A DNA stretch of 64,000 nucleotides, taken from positions 28,053 through 92,052 of IMG/VR virus record IMGVR_UViG_3300027833_001310. One strand, 5' to 3'. Of the stretch, positions 29,301-36,247 are shown piece by piece (within the stretch, counting starts at the first letter, position 1; each line of letters begins with the position of its first letter). Under the pieces are notes generated by a model, which saw only the letters and a program-made list of their open reading frames with translations, did not search any database and was not told the DNA's origin. Made by a program: the position numbers and the translations under genes. This stretch comes from a virus.

Positions 29301-31230
29301 ATGCTCTTTCTTCTTGGTCTGGATCAATCGCATCTAAACTATTAACGAAACGGAATAATGCTTTAATATAATCTTTTCTAAAAGCCTCTTTATCGTGTCC
29401 TGCTCTCATAACTGCTGCATATCGTATTGTTGTTTTAGCAACGGTGTCAAAGTCCATGTGGTACCCGTCACCACCTGCTATACGAAATTCAATCAAGCCA
29501 TTGCCATCATCATTTGTTGCATCTTTAAAATTAATACTGGTAAACTTACCAGCACTAATACCGCCTTTGAGCATATCTTCTAAAGCTGAAAGGGTTTTTT
29601 CGTCTTTGTAATTAGCACCTACATTTTGCATGTATTGTTGTATTTCTTTTACTTGCGACTTAGTATAACTGTTACCATCTCTGTTAAACTGTTGTAACAA
29701 ATATTTGTCACCAAGTAATAATGCAATCTTTAATTTGTTAGGTGCTTCTTGATTGCCCGCCATACTCATTGTAACATGTAGTCCAGTAGATCTATTTGTA
29801 TCTACATTTCTATCACTCCAATGTGAAAATAAACTTTTCATTTCGGCAAGCATTTCTGTTGGGGTGTCGTACACTGGTGAAATAATTTCAGCACCCATTC
29901 CGTCACCTTCGATACTGCTGTCGTCTTCTACTCGCCAGTAATCGTTGTCAACTTGTTGACCACTGTGGTAATCTCCTGCTTCAACGTTGTCTGATTTACT
30001 TGAGTTACTTGCCCAGTCACGAAGCTGATCTGCAACTTCTTCCATGCTACCTTGACTGTTGCTGTAAAGATATATGTCCATCTCACTTAGCAACGATCCC
30101 CAGTTGCCGTTGTATTCTTCACTACACCAATCATCTTCGTCGACATTGCTTAATGCTCGATCCCATGCTTCGTCCCACTGCTCGCCATTGTCTCTGATAT
30201 CATCTGCTAACCATTCTAAAAAGTGATCTTCGCGTTCGGCATCAACATATTCTCTGGCCCATGCATCTTCTTCCCAGTCACTTCGTTCTTCTATTTCTTC
30301 CTGTGCTTGACGATCATCTTGATCTTCTAAACCCTGTAGTATCATTTCTTTGTAGTTTGTTACATCATCCATGTCAACTTCGTATGAAACATAATTATCT
30401 AAATAGTCAGGATCTTCTTTGCGTTCGTCTACTAGTTCATTTATTACTTCACTTTCGTAATCATAAAACTTATCAGACTCTTGTAGCCATTCTCTAAATG
30501 CTTCATTTACTTGGTCAACACTTCTAGAGCCTTCTTGATCATATATTAAGTCTTGTACTCCAGACCAGTTTTCACCATATAGAAAGTCCTCATCATCGTC
30601 GCCCGATGAAAAGCCTTCCCATATTGTTTCTGCTTCAAAACCACATCTAATGTTTGCGTTTAATGAATCTTTTGCAACTGTAGGACTATTGAAATTTATT
30701 TCAAATATTGGATCACCTTGTTGTATATATTTTTGTGCTCTGATTAATCTTTTGATTTTACTTTTAATTTTTTGCTTACGCTTTTGTCCTTTGTGAAGAT
30801 CTGATCTTTCTGTTACTGCTTCTTCACCTGGTAATGTAATATCATCTTCAGGATCTAATGTATAAAATTCTTTGTTCTTTTGATTTTGTACAACAACTGC
30901 ATCTTTGTTTAGGCCGTTGTTTACAGGGCTCATTACTTTAACTGTATTGCCTTTGTCGTCTTGGTATTCGAAGTCTTGTGCTAACTCTTTTGCTTTTGAT
31001 ATAATTGGCTCAACTGGTTCTGGTTGTTCAGCGTCTGTTTTATTTTGCTGACTGCTAGGACTAACTTGTGGTTTATTAACACTGGACTTTGGCGGCTTAG
31101 GTGTCTTAGTGGCTGCTGTTGCTTTAGCAGTTGCACCAGTCTGTTGTTGTGATGAGGGAGTGCTTACTCCGCTATTCATTCCATACTCAGAGATCAGTGA
31201 TTTGATTGTGCGAATATCTTTTGCCTTCAT
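26362..31230 (-). CDS. 1622-aa multidomain protein: amidoligase (COOH-NH2 ligase) plus C-terminal PD-(D/E)XK-like nuclease
   Basis: GFEAE, DSSI, AEIISP, TGLHV, IEFR; C-terminal GPGE...GDL...IELKT. Confidence 0.75.
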   Translation of the reverse strand: MKAKDIRTIKSLISEYGMNSGVSTPSSQQQTGATAKATAATKTPKPPKSSVNKPQVSPSSQQNKTDAEQPEPVEPIISKAKELAQDFEYQDDKGNTVKVMSPVNNGLNKDAVVVQNQKNKEFYTLDPEDDITLPGEEAVTERSDLHKGQKRKQKIKSKIKRLIRAQKYIQQGDPIFEINFNSPTVAKDSLNANIRCGFEAETIWEGFSSGDDDEDFLYGENWSGVQDLIYDQEGSRSVDQVNEAFREWLQESDKFYDYESEVINELVDERKEDPDYLDNYVSYEVDMDDVTNYKEMILQGLEDQDDRQAQEEIEERSDWEEDAWAREYVDAEREDHFLEWLADDIRDNGEQWDEAWDRALSNVDEDDWCSEEYNGNWGSLLSEMDIYLYSNSQGSMEEVADQLRDWASNSSKSDNVEAGDYHSGQQVDNDYWRVEDDSSIEGDGMGAEIISPVYDTPTEMLAEMKSLFSHWSDRNVDTNRSTGLHVTMSMAGNQEAPNKLKIALLLGDKYLLQQFNRDGNSYTKSQVKEIQQYMQNVGANYKDEKTLSALEDMLKGGISAGKFTSINFKDATNDDGNGLIEFRIAGGDGYHMDFDTVAKTTIRYAAVMRAGHDKEAFRKDYIKALFRFVNSLDAIDPDQEERASSRIDPDNTDKKVVDAFKSVVGKNHYTDAIDALATAYNALARSKRENAEESIIKEEESWNDRARDYSLTAFGYLLSSIATGKNRNPVKVQQVAGFRQAMKDFGFTPESLYKEFLASKQYVPMLNIGGSPYHDNMTKFADAFNNAFKVKVAKAPTPEFTVKYNGTDALFLPVPYYNWLQTEMGNKLISGAPIKTPPGKKFKAEDFKAISRDEHNEVYRALYDYNEGMIDAQGELKMVADYEKELEQLGTTGTSDASDNDPSTFSNQAAIEMAENDFPLYKKMWFTGFGHFMADPRVNAVKLARWINNLETSNNAKQDVLNALVYNKENGGNPVQWDEVSSIVSAYKAGGVDTTDLIDADHPAHAQGSSRTNEDTETDEKIKRIKDLIIHRKQKAERYQEQTLDAKVKIDTFSKKHGFLPYRDRDFNPDAFSLAGEKSPFIVGTHQETDASEREYMAQEMNIRFSDIEESNNMFENFNKLPFKKQLEIVSKVDATKINEALIVSKKKLNETIEAEQDMAALLTTYGTPGKKKKKGKGFEHPNKSGSGRAAKYTEGAVPDNSPVKKIKQLLNVPLLASDLKSQMEAYFVVPDPSMIRAFREAASGGGPDTDLRTIFKGFVQNKVHPETKKKAGITESKSELIKKLADLPDDEKTNKLVNYIEQLLDDMGVGGKIQSLSSQLGEVPDEDVKKAIKQIAKIIASIEMTPAERAKLFIDWKGDKLVRVDTLLSTSTDTMSEIFVGYGMEGNEHITELVNDLNEVVQYGIGPGEFALSVLSQRIGGMGASSGADDGKGDLMIDGQPIELKTTRKNSARFNDRQVTVSDSYKSKVTAFFTKYDEKFKELEAQGAVLRVKSGMQQNHVAAFLKLVPEAEKEIADIISNIFTEIPNAGNQIAQNLAQNNITGAMQAIAQSNVNNYLAAKRGGGNLKGILFLDLKKQTFTFIQDVKDLEGSGLRLHAKTNYLVTTNENPFANTSIVDSSN

Positions 31231-31240
31231 AACTTGTCAA

Positions 31241-31522
31241 TTACCGCTTGTTAAGTGTTTTTAATCGCTTTGCTACTGGATTAAATCTTTTTGTTCTACG
31301 AGCTTTACGAATCATTCTTTTGCCCATTTTTGCTTTTGTTCTTCTCAATGTCATACGCTTTTTGAGATCTATGGGTTTCGAACATTGGCTTGAATTTTTT
31401 ACAACTCTGCCTGCTCTAGGACCACTAGTACAACGAACAGCACGTTTAATTGTGTTGCCCATTCGGCGCCAAACCATACGAGCTTCGACTATTTCACCGC
31501 CTGTTACTTCATCAAGTTTCAT
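31241..31522 (-). CDS. very basic prohead-core-like protein
   Basis: MKLDEV...IVE then Arg/Lys-rich. Confidence 0.65.
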   Translation of the reverse strand: MKLDEVTGGEIVEARMVWRRMGNTIKRAVRCTSGPRAGRVVKNSSQCSKPIDLKKRMTLRRTKAKMGKRMIRKARRTKRFNPVAKRLKTLNKR

Positions 31523-31770
31523 TTTATTAAACTCTGTGCTAGTATTGCAATTGTACCTAACAATGTAGTAACTGTAACACCAATTATGGCAATAATCCAG
31601 CTTTCCATTTTATTTAATCGCTGTTTAGTATCATTTTTAAATTCACGCAACTCTGTTGTTATGGCTTCAATACGAAGCATGTCAGCAATAATATGTGCTT
31701 CAACGTTACCTGAGTATGCTGGAAGTGAATCAGCAGCTTGATCTAATTCTGGTTTTGATTTCTTTGGCAT
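31519..31770 (-). CDS. coiled-coil protein with C-terminal TM helix
   Basis: RLNKMESWIIAIIGVTV... Confidence 0.65.
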   Translation of the reverse strand: MPKKSKPELDQAADSLPAYSGNVEAHIIADMLRIEAITTELREFKNDTKQRLNKMESWIIAIIGVTVTTLLGTIAILAQSLIK

Positions 31771-31771
31771 C

Positions 31772-32176
31772 TTATAATAAGTCCTGTTTAGTAAACTCCA
31801 TGTTCACTGTAGTTTTTGTATCAATTGTGCCTGCATTTAAAACAATTCCGTCAAGTTCATCTTTTAATGTATCAATGCTATGCACACTTTCACGCTCAAA
31901 AGCAAATTTGAAAATCCAGCCTGCGCCTGTTATTGATGGAGCACCGTATCCTTGTAATACGTTAGCACCTACACCATTTAAGGCAACTGGTCTGTTCATG
32001 ATGATTGGCATAGCTCTTAATCCAATAACTTGAACAACACTTTCAAAATCCTTCTGCGTGTCATCTGTAAAATCACCTGTATGTGTAATATCTAGTGATG
32101 TGAAAAGTGTGTAAAATTCTATATTTCCTGTAACAACTTCTTGGCTGTTCATTGCGCCGCTTCTATTTAAAGTCAT
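31772..32176 (-). CDS. small virion structural protein
   Basis: Own late promoter 32196-32203 and SD AGGAG. Confidence 0.65.
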   Translation of the reverse strand: MTLNRSGAMNSQEVVTGNIEFYTLFTSLDITHTGDFTDDTQKDFESVVQVIGLRAMPIIMNRPVALNGVGANVLQGYGAPSITGAGWIFKFAFERESVHSIDTLKDELDGIVLNAGTIDTKTTVNMEFTKQDLL

Positions 32177-32242
32177 GTGTGTCTCCTATACACACTATTT
32201 ATCATCAAACTAATAACATGTATCCAAAAATATTTTAAAGTC

Positions 32243-32270
32243 AAAAAAAAGCACTCCGAAGAGTGCTTTT
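32243..32270 (-). terminator. intrinsic terminator with cUUCGg loop
   Basis: AAAAGCACTC-TTCG-GAGTGCTTTTTTTT. Confidence 0.9.
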
Positions 32271-32313
32271 GGTGTGCAACTAAGCACGATCCCTAAGGTA
32301 GTAAGGAATTAGT

Positions 32314-32607
32314 TTAGCCTGCGAATGAAACCACTGCTGCCCATGCACAACCAGTTACGCCTAATGCATCTGAAGAATCATCAGCAATTGCTGGTCCGCC
32401 TTCGTATGCTACGTGAACTGCTGTTGCTACGTCTACTACAAATCCTTCGATTCCAGTAATAGTATAGTTTTGCACTGTGATTGCTGCTATTAAAGCATCC
32501 ATCTTCGCTTGCGTCATGTTAGTTGAAACTGTTGCTGTTGCAACATGTAATTGTCTTCCGAATGCATTTAGGTCTTCTGTGAAACCATGTACTCTTGTTT
32601 GTGCCAT
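32314..32607 (-). CDS. small Ala/Val/Thr-rich virion protein (decoration-like)
   Basis: Late promoter 32650-32657, SD, terminator. Confidence 0.65.
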   Translation of the reverse strand: MAQTRVHGFTEDLNAFGRQLHVATATVSTNMTQAKMDALIAAITVQNYTITGIEGFVVDVATAVHVAYEGGPAIADDSSDALGVTGCAWAAVVSFAG

Positions 32608-32668
32608 TTTATCTCTCCAATATAGTCAGGCTTTCTTGCCCTATACTAATATTTATCAAATTATACCC

Positions 32669-32697
32669 AAAAAAAATCCCCACAAGTGAGGATTTTT
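32669..32697 (-). terminator. intrinsic terminator
   Basis: AAAAATCCTCAC/GTGGGGATTTTT plus T-run. Confidence 0.8.
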
Positions 32698-32717
32698 AAA
32701 CAATAATTGTTTGGATA

Positions 32718-32960
32718 TTAACCGAATGTTGCGATTAATGTAGCGCCAGTAATACTAGGTGTTGCCGCTGCGCCTTGTAAAGCGATGTGACTTCCACTTA
32801 CTATACCTTCTACTGCTACAACTATGAAGCCTTCTGCTTGTGCTTCAGCAACTGCTGCTGCAACTGTTACTGCTGTAACGTCATCTACTTCTAAGATGTG
32901 AGTTGTACCTACGAATCCGTTTGCTGCTCTTACTGCTGCGTTTGGGTTTGCTTGTGCCAT
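32718..32960 (-). CDS. small Ala/Val/Thr-rich virion protein (decoration-like)
   Basis: Late promoter 33009-33016, SD AGGAG, terminator. Confidence 0.65.
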   Translation of the reverse strand: MAQANPNAAVRAANGFVGTTHILEVDDVTAVTVAAAVAEAQAEGFIVVAVEGIVSGSHIALQGAAATPSITGATLIATFG

Positions 32961-33051
32961 TTTAATTCTCCTAAATATAATGTAGAGTTAATTCTTACTC
33001 TATGTAGTTATTTATCATTTTATCGGTAAAAAAAGATATAAAAACTGTCTT

Positions 33052-33597
33052 TTATGATTTTTTAACTCTAAAAGTATCAGAATTTTTAAAGTTAGACCTT
33101 GCTTTTGCCAATCCACTACCGATTGCTTTTCTTAAACTTGATCGATCGGTGCCGGCAAGAGGATTAAATTTTGAATTTTTAAAAGAGCCATCACCTTTAT
33201 AAGCATTTTTATTGCCTATTTGTCCACCTACAGTTCCTGTTGGCGTTGGCGTAGCATCCGGCTTTTCCATGCCCTTTGCAATTTTCTGCTGTAAGGTATC
33301 TTCCGGCTCTTTTACTTTATCGGCCGTTGCAACTGCTTTGGCCTGATCTTTTGTCATGCCACTGTATTTTACTTGAAAGTCTGGATATCTTTGTTTGACA
33401 GCACCCTTTATTGACATGCCAGCTGTCCACAAAGGTCTTTTGTAATAGCCTACTGCTAGTGCAACAACACTTGCTCTGTCTAACATTATAAATTGAGGCA
33501 GTTTCGGATTGCCGTATTCGTCATCAAATTCCTGTCCTAATTCCTGTCTTAGCTCAGCATCGTTATTTTCTAGTATAATAATTTCGTCTATTCTCAT
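33052..33597 (-). CDS. hypothetical protein with CTS-like leader
   Basis: MRIDEIIILE; GATAAATA 5 nt upstream. Confidence 0.65.
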   Translation of the reverse strand: MRIDEIIILENNDAELRQELGQEFDDEYGNPKLPQFIMLDRASVVALAVGYYKRPLWTAGMSIKGAVKQRYPDFQVKYSGMTKDQAKAVATADKVKEPEDTLQQKIAKGMEKPDATPTPTGTVGGQIGNKNAYKGDGSFKNSKFNPLAGTDRSSLRKAIGSGLAKARSNFKNSDTFRVKKS

Positions 33598-33609
33598 GCT
33601 TGTATTTAT

Positions 33610-34152
33610 CTACTTAAACATAGCACAAGACATATTGTCGTCATGGCCGGTCTCAAACACTGCTAATTCTTTGTTTGTCCTTTGCTGGAATGCATCTACC
33701 GCAGCCATTACCCCTGGGAATATAGGCGTATAATCATCTACTAATATAATTTCTGCTTTTGTCATTATTCTTAATGCATTACGAGTATGCCTATAAGTAT
33801 GAGAAGCATCAAGAAATAACACTGTTGGTGTCTCCCAATACCTCTTGAAAAAATCACATCTAGTAAATGATATGTTGTCCCATGCGTCTACTACCTGGCT
33901 AATATACTCTAGTTGTTGTTCGCTAGTGTATGATATTCCGTCTATATTAAAGCCATGACATTGGTCAATAGTATGTATAGTATAATCTCTGCCTGTTTCA
34001 TTGAACTTTTCAGCAAAGGTAGCTGCTGACAAACCACATCCTGTGCCAACTTCTAGTAACGTGCCAGACATAGGCAATTGATCAATAATTTCGTCCCATG
34101 GGTAATTTTTATTAGAGAACCCTGGAATAGTATCGCTGAGTTCGATTGACAT
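33610..34152 (-). CDS. class I SAM-dependent methyltransferase
   Basis: LEVGTGCGLS, FLDASH, VDDY, PGV. Confidence 0.85.
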   Translation of the reverse strand: MSIELSDTIPGFSNKNYPWDEIIDQLPMSGTLLEVGTGCGLSAATFAEKFNETGRDYTIHTIDQCHGFNIDGISYTSEQQLEYISQVVDAWDNISFTRCDFFKRYWETPTVLFLDASHTYRHTRNALRIMTKAEIILVDDYTPIFPGVMAAVDAFQQRTNKELAVFETGHDDNMSCAMFK

Positions 34153-34157
34153 TATAC

Positions 34158-34958
34158 TTATTTCTTCTTTCTACCAGCTGCCCAATAGCCTGCAATTGCA
34201 CCTATACCTGTGCCTGCTTTTTTAAGTGTACCAGGTTTATTTTTAGCAAGTTTTGTTAGTTTCTTAGCGGCATATCTTCCTGCAACTGCACCAAGTGCTG
34301 CTCCACCAACTTTTTTTGCAAAACTAGTTCTAGGTACATCATATGCTGGCTCTGACGTAAATGATCTATACTTGACCATAGATGTCATTGGAGCTAAAAG
34401 TTCACTGCCTCTTCCTAAGTAACGCATTGTTTGTAATAGTTTAGTCACTACTAACTGTCTACTTGAAAATTTTAAGTTACCCCAGTCGGTAATATATCTA
34501 CGGTATTGTTTAAATTTAGAATCTGTAACCTTAAGTTGTGACTCTAGTCTAAAGAAGTAACCTACTGCTTCATTTTTTCTATCTGAACCATTTGCTATCT
34601 TCTTCATAAACATAAAGTGCTTACGACTATCAAAGTTTAATCCCTTAAGGAAAGAAACACTAGACATTCTGTTCTTTAATTGTATTTTATCATTCTTAGG
34701 TTGATTTATCATATATGCTAATAGATATAAATCAGTTGCACTTGTTCTAAAAGTATTGTAGCCACCGTACTGGGTAGTTTGCTTTGCATAGTTACTTGCA
34801 TATCCATGCTGTATATCATCTTGTACCATTAAATAAAGTGCAATAGTATTGAGATACAGTAAGTCAGCAACGTTTCTGCCAGTGAGTTGACCCATGTTAC
34901 CAGAAGATCTATACAATCTACTTTCTGATATTTCTTGATCTATAAATTCTAATTCCAT
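34158..34958 (-). CDS. putative virion protein with C-terminal glycine-zipper helices
   Basis: ISESRLYR; GGAALGAVAG and GTGIGAIAG. Confidence 0.6.
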   Translation of the reverse strand: MELEFIDQEISESRLYRSSGNMGQLTGRNVADLLYLNTIALYLMVQDDIQHGYASNYAKQTTQYGGYNTFRTSATDLYLLAYMINQPKNDKIQLKNRMSSVSFLKGLNFDSRKHFMFMKKIANGSDRKNEAVGYFFRLESQLKVTDSKFKQYRRYITDWGNLKFSSRQLVVTKLLQTMRYLGRGSELLAPMTSMVKYRSFTSEPAYDVPRTSFAKKVGGAALGAVAGRYAAKKLTKLAKNKPGTLKKAGTGIGAIAGYWAAGRKKK

Positions 34959-36247
34959 TATCCTGTTGGCTTCCCTGTTCCAAAGTTTAATCTACTGAAT
35001 TCCATTCTGTCAACTAGTTTGAGAGCATTACCAATTCGGTCAATAGCAACAAAGCCTTCACCACTTGTGGCTTTAAATCCTTCACCATCTGCGGCAAACG
35101 TTTGTGTACTTTGTAATTTTCCTAACTTTGCTATGATTACAAGTTTTGCTTTAATAAGCATCAAGTATAAATCATACACTGCTGTAATTTCAGCAGCATG
35201 TTGTTTAATGAATGCTACAGTCTTAACCATACTATCTGTTTTAGCATCTTTAGTTTTTTGCATTTTAACTTTATCAATTTCTTTTGTAGACCTGTCGATC
35301 CATTTTACAACAAATTCTTTTGCTAAACTTTCAGGGGAGCCAAAGTCTCCTGCTCTAATCTTATTGTTTACTGTGGCTTTTAGTTGTTGTAAGAAATCTT
35401 TACCTACTAAGTCGTTGCCTTTCTCTAACCAATTAAACACATCTTTACTAATTTGCTTAGTGTAAGTGTCGGCGGCTTTGATAGTTGCTAATACTTCTGC
35501 TGATTCTTCAGCAGTCATTGTTACTGTACCTGATACATCTTTGATGTTTGCATCAGTTTGCCAAACACTAGATGTACTACCTAATCTAGTTGAATCAAAT
35601 CCAAATGATGCTGTTGTATCTGCTAGTGTTGGTCCGCCTGCATACTCTGTATGCCACACTATACCTAGATCAGCACTTAGCATTTGCTGTGCTAGTTCAC
35701 TGTCCTTTGGTAAAGCATAAGCAAGAGTATTAGGCTTAAAATATATTAAGGCTTCTCCATCATGATTCATTTCTTTGATGTCGCCTTTTTGAAACATCAT
35801 GTCGCCTTGTGCAACTGTGTCCCAATTCAATTTGCTTAAATGTTTTAAACAATTTTTTAATTTGATTCGTAAACCACTGCCGTCTTTGTCACCTTTGTCT
35901 GCGTGATAGTTGTCAATGTCTTGGTCAGTAAAGTTTAGTTTTGCTTTTCCGGCAAACACACCTTTAGTACCTACAAAGAATTTGCCAGTTGCTGGATCTT
36001 TACCTGCTACGATTGCTGGTGAGCCGTCCCACTTCACAGTCATATCAAAGGCACCCTTTGCTGAGCCTTCTAACATTTGATGTAAACTGTATAAGTAATC
36101 TACTGCTTCTTTGGCTCCTTGATATCCTTTGTTAAAGATATTATCTTCAAGGTGTTCCATGTGAGTATTCTTGCCGTCTGCTTCCAGTAACAAGCTCTCA
36201 TTGATTACTCTAGTAACTAGAGGTTTAGATATCTCTATAAAACGCAT
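34958..36247 (-). CDS. ligase-fold nucleotidyltransferase-like protein with CTS-like leader
   Basis: KWDG (motif I), QGD, EGFV (motif IV), LKLV (motif V); KNTHMEHLED. Confidence 0.6.
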   Translation of the reverse strand: MRFIEISKPLVTRVINESLLLEADGKNTHMEHLEDNIFNKGYQGAKEAVDYLYSLHQMLEGSAKGAFDMTVKWDGSPAIVAGKDPATGKFFVGTKGVFAGKAKLNFTDQDIDNYHADKGDKDGSGLRIKLKNCLKHLSKLNWDTVAQGDMMFQKGDIKEMNHDGEALIYFKPNTLAYALPKDSELAQQMLSADLGIVWHTEYAGGPTLADTTASFGFDSTRLGSTSSVWQTDANIKDVSGTVTMTAEESAEVLATIKAADTYTKQISKDVFNWLEKGNDLVGKDFLQQLKATVNNKIRAGDFGSPESLAKEFVVKWIDRSTKEIDKVKMQKTKDAKTDSMVKTVAFIKQHAAEITAVYDLYLMLIKAKLVIIAKLGKLQSTQTFAADGEGFKATSGEGFVAIDRIGNALKLVDRMEFSRLNFGTGKPTG

